From: Flavobacteriales bacterium
GTDB taxonomy: Bacteria; Bacteroidota; Bacteroidia; Palsa-965
Length of the DNA stretch: 64,000 nucleotides
Direction: 5' to 3'
NCBI GenBank assembly: GCA_040377305.1
Contig: JBEIPA010000022.1
Coordinates: 1 to 64,000, forward strand
The position numbers and the translations under genes are program-made. The notes below the pieces were generated by a model, which was given only the letters and a program-made list of their open reading frames with translations, was not told the DNA's origin and searched no databases. Shown piece after piece: positions 27,775-38,500 of the stretch (position 1 is the first letter of the stretch; each line of letters starts with the position of its first letter).

Positions 27775-29477
27775 TTCTCTGAGAGGTATATCACATATCT
27801 GAATCCAAGTGTGCTATGTGCCGAATCAGGATTACAAAATGTTTTAGCCTGCATTCCAGCAACATTCTTGCCGTGTTTGAGGGCGAAGCGTTCATCGTAC
27901 CAATTTGCACCGCGTACCAGTTTACCTTTTTTCGGAAGTTTGTCGTAATAATATTTCTCGTAATTCCGGATTAACTGCTCTTCGTTTGCGTAAGGGCCGT
28001 TAGGTACACGAAGGTGGCGTGTGAAAATTGCTCTCCAGTTGAGATCGAGATCTTCGCGCATCCATTCACTGACGTTACCGTCCATCCAGCACACGCCAGT
28101 TGTTTTATCATAATGAGCTTGCGAACGTTCATTCGATTCGCGATACCGAAGGTGCTTGTTGAATCCATCAGCATCAATTTGTACAGGTCCCGGATGCAGG
28201 TAGCCATCCTCACTGAAGTTTCCCCACATTTTTTGGTTGTTAAGTTCATGCCGACGCAATGGTTTATCATAATCATCGGTAAATGCCCAGAATGGTTTGC
28301 GGGGTGGTTTACCCGGGGAGAGAATTTCTTTCACCGTGTCGCGTGGATCGAATCTATATTCGTAAACCGGGATGTCCGTGGTGTAATCAAAGTATAGGGA
28401 AAGGTCAGTTTGCCAACTCCGGTCTGCAATTTCAAAATAGCGTCCTGCAAGTAAAATGATGTTTTCATCCTTCGTTTCAGCTGTTGAAACATAATCCCAT
28501 TCTATTTCAGATGGCAACACACATTCAATTTTAACGTTGAGTTTCTTTTTATCTAAATATCTCTGCAACTGACATGTTTTCCATTCGAGAAATGCAAGAC
28601 ACTGCCAGTAGTTTATGCCGGCTACTGCATAATCATCATAAGCTGGATGCCAGAAGTACATATTGGTCATTGGTTCACTTACGATACCAAAATGCCAATC
28701 TTCGATCCATGACAGAGTATCGGGGTAAACGTTGATTGTATCGAATCCGTACTCTAACGGTCGTTGTACAAACTTGTAATTTAACTTGCGTGCATTAATG
28801 TCTTTTCTCGAATAAAACCGCTCTTCCTTCGGGAGAATAAGCATAGTTACAGAATCAGTTTTGTTGTCGTACAGATCATATTTCTTTTTTCGATCAAGTA
28901 ATCCGTTGGGAAGAATGTACCCCAGCCGTGTTCGCGCAATTGAATCTGTTACCCATTGAACAAATTCGCGATACTCTTTATTCGAGACTTCATACTTCCT
29001 GAAGTAAAATGGTTTTGCATAATCTGAAGTAATTGATTGTGGAAAGTTGCTCGAAACGAGTGACCCGTGAATGGGATTATCAATCATTCCGGTAGTATCT
29101 GCGTAAAACCGAATGGAAGCAGGAACTACACCACGTCCTAGTTGTTCAGTATTTCCACGATCAACGCCTATAAAAAACTGACGACTATGTCCGGTGGTTG
29201 CCATTTTCATGGGTTCAATAAGAATACAATCTTTAAACAAATCCTTCGGATGCGGTACTACCGGTTTCAGTCTTATTGCAAATTCTTTCGCACGGACTTC
29301 ACCCGCACTGTGAAAATCCCATCCCGCAGAATCTGTTGGAGTCAGGTAACCTGCTCGATAAGATTCGAACGCAATGCTTGGAGAGACACCGGGTAAAACC
29401 AGTAAACTGTCTGATCCACTCTGTGACCAGCAATCAAGAAACAACAAGGAACACCCCAAGGCAATCAGCTTTCTCAT
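27771..29477 (-). CDS. FGE-sulfatase-domain protein, GldK/PorK-like paralog
   Basis: FYFRKYEVSNKEYREFVQWVTDSIAR, VYPDTLSW, YFWHPAYDDY, LPSEIEWDY, MDGNVSEW, VRGANW, LGFRY. Start moved to ATG 29477 (signal peptide). Confidence 0.8.
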   Translation of the reverse strand: MRKLIALGCSLLFLDCWSQSGSDSLLVLPGVSPSIAFESYRAGYLTPTDSAGWDFHSAGEVRAKEFAIRLKPVVPHPKDLFKDCILIEPMKMATTGHSRQFFIGVDRGNTEQLGRGVVPASIRFYADTTGMIDNPIHGSLVSSNFPQSITSDYAKPFYFRKYEVSNKEYREFVQWVTDSIARTRLGYILPNGLLDRKKKYDLYDNKTDSVTMLILPKEERFYSRKDINARKLNYKFVQRPLEYGFDTINVYPDTLSWIEDWHFGIVSEPMTNMYFWHPAYDDYAVAGINYWQCLAFLEWKTCQLQRYLDKKKLNVKIECVLPSEIEWDYVSTAETKDENIILLAGRYFEIADRSWQTDLSLYFDYTTDIPVYEYRFDPRDTVKEILSPGKPPRKPFWAFTDDYDKPLRRHELNNQKMWGNFSEDGYLHPGPVQIDADGFNKHLRYRESNERSQAHYDKTTGVCWMDGNVSEWMREDLDLNWRAIFTRHLRVPNGPYANEEQLIRNYEKYYYDKLPKKGKLVRGANWYDERFALKHGKNVAGMQAKTFCNPDSAHSTLGFRYVIYLSEK

Positions 29478-29582
29478 ACAGTTATAATCGACGTCTATTC
29501 TAAAGTTACATGGAATAAACAGGTTCAAACGCGAAAGTGCCTTCAAAAATGCTAAATTTGACTCTCTCTGATACCCAAACCT

Positions 29583-30017
29583 ATGTCGGGCACTGTGCCC
29601 ATTTACAAGATTATCGCTCCCGCCATTCCATCGGCAGGTGTATATTTCTTTACCACGGATAGCGGTATCCAGTACGAAGTTCGCTTTGGACGCCGTCAAG
29701 ACAATATTCTTCACGCAACAATTGTATTTGGTGTCATCAACGATGAGTTTGATGGTGAAGAGTACGTGTTGACCAATCGCGGGGAAGTATTCCGCGTAAT
29801 GAGCACCATTGTACAAATCGTGAAGATGTTCATGATTGAGCACCCAAAGATTGTTTCGTACGAGTTTACCGGAATCCCGAAAGAAGGCGAAGAAGATGAG
29901 AAAGCGTCTCAACGTACGTTGCTTTACAAACGCTATCTCCCCCGTATTTTCGAAACCGGATTTGACTTCAACTTCAAGGGCAACTCTGCGCTTGTTACGC
30001 GTACATCGCGTTTTTAG
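29583..30017 (+). CDS. Hypothetical protein, 144 aa
   Basis: Clean ORF with host-like codons; YFFTTDSGIQYEVRF, TNRGEVFRVMSTIV and QRTLLYKRYL motifs. Confidence 0.75.
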   Translation: MSGTVPIYKIIAPAIPSAGVYFFTTDSGIQYEVRFGRRQDNILHATIVFGVINDEFDGEEYVLTNRGEVFRVMSTIVQIVKMFMIEHPKIVSYEFTGIPKEGEEDEKASQRTLLYKRYLPRIFETGFDFNFKGNSALVTRTSRF

Positions 30018-30104
30018 GTCGCGAGACTGAACAAACTCCGCATTTCTTTTCACGACTTTTCATTGGTAAAATGATTCATTCGCCTGAATGAGCATATTTG
30101 CGGA

Positions 30105-31418
30105 GTGAAAGAGAAAGCAGGTGTAGCAATTCATTGGTTTCGTCGCGATTTGCGGCTGAACGATAATGCAGCATTGTATCATGCGTTGAAAAGTGGGCTG
30201 CAGGTTCAATGCGCTTTCATTTTCGATGAGAACATTCTCAGCAAACTCAACAAAGGCAGTGTCGATAAGCGCGTTGTTTTCATACACGAGCAGATAGCCC
30301 ACTTGTCGCTGGAACTACAGAAGCTTGGAGCATCGCTGGCCGTTTATCACGATACTGTAGAAAATGCCTGGGAGAAAATCGTGAAAGATTATCCGGTGAA
30401 GTCTGTGTTCACGAATCACGATTACGAGCCCTATGCAAGAAACCGCGATCAGAAAATCGGAAAATTTCTGCTGTCGAAGAATATCGAATTCCTCACCTGC
30501 AAGGATCAGGTAATTTTTGAAAAGGACGAAGTAGTCAAAGACGATGGCAAGCCCTACACCGTTTTTACGCCTTACAAAAATAAGTACCGCAAAAAGCTGA
30601 CGGAGTTTTACCTGAAGTCTTATCCGAACAAAAAGTATGAAAAGAATTTTCTTCAGCAGAAACAGCACACGATTCCCACCATTGAATATCTCGGATTCGA
30701 AAACGCGGAACTGAAATTTTCAACGCCGGTACTGACTGAGGAGTTGCTGAAAGATTATCAGAAGCATCGCGACTTTCCTGCAATCGCCGGCACATCACGT
30801 TTGAGTTTGCATTTACGCTTCGGAACGGTAAGTATTCGCGAGTTGTTTTCGTTTGCCGATCAGCACAGCGAAACCTGGACGAACGAGCTCATCTGGCGGG
30901 AATTTTACATGCAGATTCTCTGGCATTTTCCGCACGTCGCGAAATCATCGTTCAAGCCGGATTACGACCGCATTCAATGGAGCAATAACGAAACAGAATT
31001 TGCTGCATGGTGTGAAGGTCGTACAGGCTATCCGCTCGTAGATGCAGGCATGCGCGAGCTCAACGCAACCGGATTCATGCATAATCGCGTGCGCATGGTT
31101 GTCGCGAGTTTTCTCGTGAAGCATTTGATGATCGACTATCGCTGGGGAGAAACCTACTTTGCGGAAAAGCTTCTCGACTTCGATCTGGCCGCAAACAACG
31201 GGGGCTGGCAATGGGCTGCAGGTTCAGGAACAGACGCAGCACCTTACTTCAGAATCTTCAATCCTTCGGAACAACTCAAACGTTTCGACCTGGAATTCAA
31301 ATACGTGAAGAAATGGGTGCCGGAATTCGGAACGTCAGCTTATCCAGAACCGATTGTCGATCACAAGTTCGCGAGAGAACGTTGCCTTACGGTGTACAAG
31401 AAGTCGCTGAGCAAGTAG
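30105..31418 (+). CDS. phrB: Deoxyribodipyrimidine photolyase (class I/III CPD)
   Basis: WFRRDLRLNDNAAL, TSRLSLHLRFG, NELIWREFY, GRTGYPLVDAGMREL, MHNRVRM, NNGGWQW. Confidence 0.95.
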   Translation: MKEKAGVAIHWFRRDLRLNDNAALYHALKSGLQVQCAFIFDENILSKLNKGSVDKRVVFIHEQIAHLSLELQKLGASLAVYHDTVENAWEKIVKDYPVKSVFTNHDYEPYARNRDQKIGKFLLSKNIEFLTCKDQVIFEKDEVVKDDGKPYTVFTPYKNKYRKKLTEFYLKSYPNKKYEKNFLQQKQHTIPTIEYLGFENAELKFSTPVLTEELLKDYQKHRDFPAIAGTSRLSLHLRFGTVSIRELFSFADQHSETWTNELIWREFYMQILWHFPHVAKSSFKPDYDRIQWSNNETEFAAWCEGRTGYPLVDAGMRELNATGFMHNRVRMVVASFLVKHLMIDYRWGETYFAEKLLDFDLAANNGGWQWAAGSGTDAAPYFRIFNPSEQLKRFDLEFKYVKKWVPEFGTSAYPEPIVDHKFARERCLTVYKKSLSK

Positions 31419-31486
31419 CTATGGCAGTCGCGGTATGCAGTCAGTATCCAGTGACTATAAACTGACTGCGACTGCCGCTGCAACTG

Positions 31487-32164
31487 CTACTTCTTTTTAA
31501 CCGGCGGCACAATTTTCTCCTTAAACTCCACTTCACACGGCACAACCAATTGATCCTCGAGAATGATCATATCACAACTCGTGGTCACCATCTCCAAGGT
31601 TTTAATGCTTCCATCCGGCATTTCCATTGGCATTTCCGAAGTAGTTGCAGCTGGTCCGGTAAAGACAAACGGATCTTCGAAGTGACTCGCAAGATCAATG
31701 TCTTTGATGTGTTGCTTCACACCAAAAACCTTCGTGTAAATTCCAACGATTGCACGCGTGACTTTTACGTTGATTAAGTTCTTCGTGCGGTCGTACCAGA
31801 TCATAACATCGCCCGTGCAGGGAGTCGAGTAGGAGAAGGGACCCGCAGTTACATTGACGTCCGTCACAAATTCCGATTTTCCCGGGTGCAGATAAATCTT
31901 CGGATTGATAAGCGTCCACTGAAAAGTATCTTCTACAAACAATACTTTGTAGGGCTCTTTGCCCGTTATATTTCCGAGTGCAGCCAGACTTTTGTTGATC
32001 ATCTCCTCGTGAAGAATCACCTTGAGATCATTCGGAGGATTTGAAACTACGGCCTTCTGCGGAGGCGGAACTGTCTTCGGCGGTTCAATTACAACGTGAC
32101 GCGATTTGCATCCGAATATAACAAGACAGAAAAGTGAAAAAGCAATCAGCGAAAATGCTCTCAT
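31487..32164 (-). CDS. Lipoprotein of unknown function
   Basis: ATG 32164 gives MRAFSLIAFSLFCLVIFG-C lipobox; beta-rich body. Confidence 0.7.
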   Translation of the reverse strand: MRAFSLIAFSLFCLVIFGCKSRHVVIEPPKTVPPPQKAVVSNPPNDLKVILHEEMINKSLAALGNITGKEPYKVLFVEDTFQWTLINPKIYLHPGKSEFVTDVNVTAGPFSYSTPCTGDVMIWYDRTKNLINVKVTRAIVGIYTKVFGVKQHIKDIDLASHFEDPFVFTGPAATTSEMPMEMPDGSIKTLEMVTTSCDMIILEDQLVVPCEVEFKEKIVPPVKKK

Positions 32165-32307
32165 GTTGACAAATGTACGGGGCCTGCGTCGCCTCTGTTG
32201 CATTCGGGCAAGCTATTTGTATAATTGTATTGAAATTTTGTTCAACCGGAGATGAAACTCTGACGTTGACTATCGGGCAAACGAATACCATAAATAAACC
32301 AAAAGCA

Positions 32308-32844
32308 ATGAGTAACGCAATTTTGTTAGCGGCGGGATTTGTAGCGGGTACGCTCATCCTTTCGACTCCACCTGTCGGAGATATTTTCCCTGAACTCAAA
32401 GCAGAAACACTCGACGATAAAACGTTGACAATTCCTACCGACACAAAAGGGAAGTCTACACTCATTTGCATGGCGTACTCGGCCGATGCAGAAACCGACC
32501 TCAAAACCTGGTACGAGCCGACCTACGATAAATTTATCGCGAAGACAGAACTCATGTCGGATATGTATGATGTGAACGTGTACTTCATCCCTATGTTCAC
32601 GGGTGTGAAAGCTGTGGGCGCCGACAAAGCAAAAGCCGACATGAAGAAAACGGTGCAGGAAGATTTACAACCGCATGTGGTTGTCTATCGGGGCAAGCTG
32701 GAAGACTACAAAGAGAAATTGAAAATGGATGACAAATCCAAGCCGTACATCTACGTACTTGATAAGGAAGGGAAAATCCTGTTTGTCACCAGCGGTGCGT
32801 ACACCGAGGATAAGATGGACGAAATAGACGAATTTATAGAGTAG
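32308..32844 (+). CDS. Exported thioredoxin-like (ATP10-like) protein without CxxC
   Basis: GDIFPELKAETLDDKTLTIP, PYIYVLDKEGKIL...SGAYTEDK; start ATG 32308. Confidence 0.65.
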   Translation: MSNAILLAAGFVAGTLILSTPPVGDIFPELKAETLDDKTLTIPTDTKGKSTLICMAYSADAETDLKTWYEPTYDKFIAKTELMSDMYDVNVYFIPMFTGVKAVGADKAKADMKKTVQEDLQPHVVVYRGKLEDYKEKLKMDDKSKPYIYVLDKEGKILFVTSGAYTEDKMDEIDEFIE

Positions 32845-32916
32845 TAACTGGCAAGTGGAAAGTGTCAGTGCAGTGGCCTTTGACTGCCTACTACGCTGCT
32901 GCACTACTGCCTACTG

Positions 32917-33117
32917 TTACGCTACTACTTTCGCATTCGGATACTTCACCATCCACATCTCAAGGGCCTTCTGTGACTTAACCATGATTACGGTGCGGTA
33001 ATCAACCTGAAGCTTGATAATGTCAGCACCAGTTGTTTGTGGAGCTACAAGTTTTGGTTTGCGTGTACGGAAGTTTTTCATTTGTTTGCTTTCGCGGACT
33101 AGAACGAGTGGTTTCAT
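32917..33117 (-). CDS. Small basic protein (66 aa), paralog of 33506-33658
   Basis: ORF aligns with the neighbouring 50-aa ORF (IKLQ...T...VK...AL.MWM..P.AK). Confidence 0.7.
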   Translation of the reverse strand: MKPLVLVRESKQMKNFRTRKPKLVAPQTTGADIIKLQVDYRTVIMVKSQKALEMWMVKYPNAKVVA

Positions 33118-33408
33118 TGTGGCTTGTTTTATATTCTATACAAATGAAACGATAATACAAGCGCACCTCTGGTCCAAATCGTTCAGTGGATTGAACCCCT
33201 CGATGAACCGTAACACCCTCTCGTTGAGGATAAAAACCACGAAAATTTTAACGTTTACAGCGTCGGTTTATAACCTGTTAATTGCCCGGTGGATATCCGG
33301 TTCATTAACGGTTTATCGGATTCAAATGTCTGAGGGTCAGTGATTGACGGCCCAATTACGCGACAAACAATTTTTCGCTGTTTCGTTGTGTCCCACTTGG
33401 AACGGTAC

Positions 33409-33436
33409 AAAAAAGCCCGCACTTAAAAGTGCGGGC
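33409..33436 (-). terminator. Intrinsic terminator between the two microprotein genes
   Basis: GCCCGCACTT-AA-AAGTGCGGGC with A6 on +. Confidence 0.75.
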
Positions 33437-33505
33437 CATACCGATTCGGTTAACCAGTATTTCAATGCAGCATTTGCGAAATTGTCTTCCGCACGTGCTG
33501 TGATA

Positions 33506-33658
33506 TTAAGTGATAATCTTCGCTTCCGGGTGACGACTCATCCACATTTTCAGTGCTTCTTTTGTCTTCACGATAACAATCGTATTCCGATTGATTTGCA
33601 ATTTGATTCGTTCTCCAATAGAGAGTTTCTGTGGGGGAATATTATTTGGCTTTCTCAT
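33506..33658 (-). CDS. Unlisted 50-aa basic microprotein
   Basis: Hand translation MRKPNNIPPQKLSIGERIKLQINRNTIVIVKTKEALKMWMSRHPEAKIIT*; homologous to 32917-33117. Confidence 0.7.
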   Translation of the reverse strand: MRKPNNIPPQKLSIGERIKLQINRNTIVIVKTKEALKMWMSRHPEAKIIT

Positions 33659-33731
33659 CTCAGTTCAGTTTATATTGTTGATACAGGTACGTCGAAAACC
33701 GTTCCACAGTTCACGGCATTAACAGAGTTTA

Positions 33732-36353
33732 TCAAGCTATGAGCTTATCTAATGCAATTGGCTCACGAAACACCATTTGCCGCTCAAAAACGTCGACTAC
33801 TACATGACCGCTGGTGGGAACTTTTCCGGCGAGAATCTGTTTTGACAGCTCATTCAGAACCTTCTTCTGTAGAATTCTTTTCACAGGTCGTGCACCGAAC
33901 TGCGGATCGAATCCAAGTTCACTCAGCCAACTGATTGCTTCCGGTGTAGCAGACAAGTGAATGCCGCTGGACTCAATCATCTTCGCAATGGAATTGAACT
34001 GAAGCTTCACAATCTGATCAACATCTTCCCGTGTCAATGGAGCAAACATGATGATCTCATCGATACGATTCAGAAACTCCGGTCGTATTGTCTTCTTCAG
34101 CAAATCGAAAACTTCAGAACGTGTGTTCGCCAATACTTCTTCACGATTCTTATCCGTCATCTTCTCGAATTTCTCCTGGATGAGATGTGATCCCATGTTT
34201 GAAGTCATGATGATGATCGTGTTCTTGAAATTCACCACGCGACCTTTATTGTCGGTTAATCTTCCATCATCAAGAACCTGAAGCAGAATGTTGAATACGT
34301 CCGGATGTGCTTTCTCAATCTCGTCGAGAAGAATTACGGAGTACGGTTTTCTGCGAACAGCTTCTGTAAGCTGACCACCTTCTTCGTAGCCAACATATCC
34401 CGGAGGCGCACCAACAAGTCGCGATACTGCATGACGTTCCTGATATTCGCTCATGTCAATACGGGTCATCGACTGATCGTTGTTGAACAGAAACTCTGCC
34501 AGCGCTTTCGCCAATTCTGTTTTACCAACACCGGTCGTACCAAGGAAAATGAATGAACCAATGGGTTTCTTCGTGTCCTGCAATCCTGCGCGACTTCTTC
34601 TCACCGCATCTGAAATGGCTTCAATGGCTTCGTGCTGTCCAACTACACGTTTGTGCAATTCATCTTCGAGATGCAGAAGCTTTTCTTTTTCACTCTGCAA
34701 CATTCTCGTCACGGGAATTCCGGTCCAACTGCTAACAACACCAGCAATATCTTCAGCATCAACTTCTTCTTTGATCATCTGGCGTCCTTCGCTTTGCATG
34801 ATTGCGAGTTCAGCCATTGCTTTATCTAAAGTGATTTCAGCTTCTTTGATACGACCATAACGTATCTCAGCAACTTTTCCGTAGTCGCCGGAACGTTCTG
34901 CTGCATCAGCTTCGAACTTGAGTTGTTCGATTTGTTCTTTCGCTTTCTGAATCGACTCAACAATCTCTTTTTCTGCCTGCCATTTCGCGCGAAGATCAGA
35001 ACGCTTGTCGTTGAGTTCTGCAATTTCTTTGTTCAGCACATCGAGCTTCAGCGTATCGTTCTCACGCTTGATGGCCTCGCGTTCAATTTCCAGCTGACGG
35101 ACTTTGCGTTCTACATCTTCCAGTTCAACCGGCATGGAGTTGATTTCCATCCGCATTTTGGAAGCAGCTTCATCAATGAGATCAATCGCTTTGTCCGGAA
35201 GAAAACGATCGTTGATATATCGCTGAGACAATTCAACGGCAGCAATAATCGCTTCGTCCTTAATGCGCACTTTGTGATGCGTCTCGTATTTCTCTTTGAT
35301 CCCGCGTAGAATAGAAACAGCATCTTCCGAATTCGGCTCATCGACCATCACTTTCTGAAAGCGACGTTCGAGTGCTTTGTCTTTCTCGAAATATTTCTGG
35401 AATTCGTTCAGCGTTGTTGCACCGATAGCTCGCAATTCTCCGCGCGCTAATGCAGGCTTGAGTATGTTTGCAGCATCCATTGCACCTTCACCTCCGCCAC
35501 CTGCGCCTACAAGTGTGTGAATTTCGTCAATGAACAAAACAATTTCTCCGTTCGAGCCAATCACTTCCTTCACTACCGATTTCAATCGCTCTTCGAATTC
35601 ACCTTTGAACTTTGCACCTGCGATAAGCGCACCCATGTCAAGAGAAAATATTTGTTTGCTCTTCAGGTTCTCCGGAACATCGCCGTTCAGAATTCTATGT
35701 GCGAGTCCTTCTGCAATGGCCGTTTTTCCTACACCTGGCTCACCAACGAGAATCGGATTGTTTTTCGTTCTGCGCGAGAGTATCTGCAGCACGCGACGAA
35801 TTTCTTCATCACGCCCAATCACCGGATCGAGCTTGCCGTTTCGGGCCTGCTGATTCAGATTAATCGCAAACTTGGAAAGCGCGTTGTACGTTTCTTCCTG
35901 CGATGCACTCGTTACGCGTTCTCCCTTACGCAGTTCCTTGATCGCTGCCTTAAGATCTTTGGCATTCATGCCTTGATCTTTCATCATCTGCGCAACCTGG
36001 TCGCCGGCATCAAGCAATCCCAACAACAAGTGTTCAATGGAGACAAATTCGTCGTTGAAGTCTTTGAGGCTGTTTACGGCTTTCACAACGGCTTTATTCG
36101 CCTGTTGGGATAAATACTGTCCACCACCCGAAACCTTCGGATACGACTGCGTAATGCGTTCTGTGAGCTGCGTGAAGAGTGCACCGTTAATGTTCAGCTT
36201 CTTCAGCAGGAATGGGGTCACATTTTCATCCACAGTAAGAATACCTTTCAGAATATGACCGGTTTCAATGGCCTGGTTTCCCAATGTCATTGCTTCCTGT
36301 TGTGCAGTTTGAATAGCTTCCTGCGACTTTAATGTGAAATTATTGAGGTTCAT
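33732..36353 (-). CDS. clpB: ATP-dependent chaperone ClpB
   Basis: Two AAA+ modules ([16 protein letters not shown]), [11 protein letters not shown], coiled-coil M domain, GAPPGYVGY. Confidence 0.98.
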   Translation of the reverse strand: MNLNNFTLKSQEAIQTAQQEAMTLGNQAIETGHILKGILTVDENVTPFLLKKLNINGALFTQLTERITQSYPKVSGGGQYLSQQANKAVVKAVNSLKDFNDEFVSIEHLLLGLLDAGDQVAQMMKDQGMNAKDLKAAIKELRKGERVTSASQEETYNALSKFAINLNQQARNGKLDPVIGRDEEIRRVLQILSRRTKNNPILVGEPGVGKTAIAEGLAHRILNGDVPENLKSKQIFSLDMGALIAGAKFKGEFEERLKSVVKEVIGSNGEIVLFIDEIHTLVGAGGGGEGAMDAANILKPALARGELRAIGATTLNEFQKYFEKDKALERRFQKVMVDEPNSEDAVSILRGIKEKYETHHKVRIKDEAIIAAVELSQRYINDRFLPDKAIDLIDEAASKMRMEINSMPVELEDVERKVRQLEIEREAIKRENDTLKLDVLNKEIAELNDKRSDLRAKWQAEKEIVESIQKAKEQIEQLKFEADAAERSGDYGKVAEIRYGRIKEAEITLDKAMAELAIMQSEGRQMIKEEVDAEDIAGVVSSWTGIPVTRMLQSEKEKLLHLEDELHKRVVGQHEAIEAISDAVRRSRAGLQDTKKPIGSFIFLGTTGVGKTELAKALAEFLFNNDQSMTRIDMSEYQERHAVSRLVGAPPGYVGYEEGGQLTEAVRRKPYSVILLDEIEKAHPDVFNILLQVLDDGRLTDNKGRVVNFKNTIIIMTSNMGSHLIQEKFEKMTDKNREEVLANTRSEVFDLLKKTIRPEFLNRIDEIIMFAPLTREDVDQIVKLQFNSIAKMIESSGIHLSATPEAISWLSELGFDPQFGARPVKRILQKKVLNELSKQILAGKVPTSGHVVVDVFERQMVFREPIALDKLIA

Positions 36354-36493
36354 AGTAATCGTGTTTGCACTTGTGCTTCAAACTGCATTCCATTCCGCAA
36401 TTGACGATTTTTCGTGCCACATTAACATGATCAAGGTCATTTTATAGACAAACTGGCATGGAATATAGATCATACGTGGACATTGTTAGGCAC

Positions 36494-36525
36494 AAAAAAT
36501 CCCGACCTGCATGAGCAAGCCGGGA
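36494..36525 (-). terminator. Intrinsic terminator of 36553-38472
   Basis: TCCCG...CGGGA stem with A6 on +. Confidence 0.65.
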
Positions 36526-36552
36526 CAGAAACTGAATTCCTAAATCAGTTTA

Positions 36553-38472
36553 TTACTGTACCACAACACGTGTAGTTGCAGTTGATTCACCAGTTGTAAC
36601 AGTGATCAGATAAACACCAGCTTCGAGGTTGTATGTGCTCATTTGGATGTTGTTTGAACCTGAGTTCATGGTGTATTGCTGTGATGAAACTGTTTCACCA
36701 AGCATGTTCACCAGGTTAACAGTTACTTTCTCGCTGTTATTAAGTGTGATATTTACATTCAACACATCAGTCGCCGGGTTCGGATATGCTCCGATTGATC
36801 CGAATGATGCTGCAGCTTCTTTCACGCCAACAGGCAATGTAAATTCTGATTCATCAAAATCAACATCACTGATGTAGTAGTGATCGAATGGAGTAGTGGT
36901 GTTGTGCGAATTGTCGCGATCCACTGAGTTAGTTGATGGAACACTATATGTGCTGCCACTAATCAATGCAAGATTGGAGTTGTAGTGCCAGTATGCATCA
37001 TCGGAGAATGTGAACTGTTTCTTCGCTGTCTTCATCATAGTAGTCCAGTCAACACCCACACCATACATGTTCGGGTATGCGTTCTCTCCACCTGCAATTG
37101 CAGGATCAGTATCAACCCACATGTAGAAGATATGATCGCGGCCTGGGCTTACAGAAGCCTGCAAACGCGCATCCAGATCATAAGCAGCAGAACCATCAGA
37201 GAATGGCGACTGTGTAGTTGTTGCACTAGTGAGCAAGGAATCAATCAGGACAGCGTCCCAGGTGTTTGCTCCTGTTGTGTAAACATCATAGATGTAATGT
37301 GTAGTAACACCGTTCGGAACCGCGAAGAAGCTCAGTGAATCGTTGTTATCAGAGAAACCGCTTTCAATCGTGCAGATGATGTGAAGCTGGTTATTGTGAT
37401 CTACAACAATATCCGAACCATTGCTCTGAGAGAACCATGGCTTAACGTCGCCATTCGAATTATAGGCGAATAGGTGGTCGTTGATTACCGGAATTGAAGT
37501 GAAGTCGAATGGAGCCCAGGCTGCTGACCAGTTGTCGCCACCATCTGTTGTGCTGTAAACAATAGGGTTGAAGCTGCGTGTTGGAATTGTAGAAGCAGCT
37601 GCTTGTACTCCGAAGAATACACAGTAACCATTCTGCCCGTTTGCGGAGAAGGAGAGGTGCGTGTTCTGGTAAGCGTCGGTTGCGCCTGCACCATCTGTGT
37701 GGAATGTAGGCTTAATCGAATCCATAGTCCACGTAACCTGAGTTCCATCCCAGCTTCCTTTGTTTAAAGAAGCACCACGGTAGGCACTGCCTGCAACGTC
37801 ATCGTCGGCGAGAAGTGCACCTGTTACCCATACTGTGCTGTCGTTGTATGAAGCCATGTCAATACGTGGGAATGAGTTCAGACTTGCTGATGCAACGCCC
37901 GTACCTGTGTTTCCGAAATTCGCTGCAATCGGAGCAGCCTGAAGGTAATAACCACCCCAGCCAGATCCAGGAGTATATGGACCTGCAATTGCCCACCATG
38001 CATTTGAAATGTTGGTGTTTCCAACTCCGTTAAGAATCGCTCCGGAAGGGTAACGGAACAATTGAACTCCATCGTTGTCGAAGTACATAGAATCCCATGA
38101 AACTCCATCATTCGATGTCCATGTGCCCTGGATGTAACCGTTATTAACGCCGGCTGGAGACCAGTCTGTTGAAATACGGTGCGTGAACAGTGCAATTCCA
38201 AGAGCCTGATTCGACGTCATACAATTCGACTGCGATACAAGCAACGTTAAAGCATTGCGTGAACTCGAAAAGTGAGTTCCTGTCATTTGTGCAGATGGGT
38301 TCTGGCTATTACGCTGTGTGTGCGCATCAGCGTAGAAACTGCTTTGTGCAGGATCTTCAGAACGACTGCCATCAAGTTTTAAATCGGGTTTGAGCGGCGT
38401 CAGCTGGGGCGACTGTGCGAATGCCACAAATGCTGAAGTGATGCCGATTGTTAAGAGTAATCCTTTTTTCAT
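36553..38472 (-). CDS. T9SS type A cargo, 639 aa, paralog 2
   Basis: Signal peptide AFA|Q; Asp boxes (SNDGVSW, STTDGGDNW); AYPNPATD...AGVYLITV...TRVVVQ CTD. Confidence 0.85.
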   Translation of the reverse strand: MKKGLLLTIGITSAFVAFAQSPQLTPLKPDLKLDGSRSEDPAQSSFYADAHTQRNSQNPSAQMTGTHFSSSRNALTLLVSQSNCMTSNQALGIALFTHRISTDWSPAGVNNGYIQGTWTSNDGVSWDSMYFDNDGVQLFRYPSGAILNGVGNTNISNAWWAIAGPYTPGSGWGGYYLQAAPIAANFGNTGTGVASASLNSFPRIDMASYNDSTVWVTGALLADDDVAGSAYRGASLNKGSWDGTQVTWTMDSIKPTFHTDGAGATDAYQNTHLSFSANGQNGYCVFFGVQAAASTIPTRSFNPIVYSTTDGGDNWSAAWAPFDFTSIPVINDHLFAYNSNGDVKPWFSQSNGSDIVVDHNNQLHIICTIESGFSDNNDSLSFFAVPNGVTTHYIYDVYTTGANTWDAVLIDSLLTSATTTQSPFSDGSAAYDLDARLQASVSPGRDHIFYMWVDTDPAIAGGENAYPNMYGVGVDWTTMMKTAKKQFTFSDDAYWHYNSNLALISGSTYSVPSTNSVDRDNSHNTTTPFDHYYISDVDFDESEFTLPVGVKEAAASFGSIGAYPNPATDVLNVNITLNNSEKVTVNLVNMLGETVSSQQYTMNSGSNNIQMSTYNLEAGVYLITVTTGESTATTRVVVQ

Positions 38473-38500
38473 GTCGTTTTCGTTGATGAGACTCTAAGTT

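Noticed and set aside
29478-30053. N-terminal 192 aa of the 760-aa ORF 27771-30053
   Set aside because: It overlaps the 29583-30017 gene antisense; the signal peptide starts at 29477.
33344-33742. 132-aa plus-strand ORF and other antisense ORFs inside clpB, rpsA, sucC and opp genes
   Set aside because: Shadow frames of real opposite-strand genes with no recognisable motifs.
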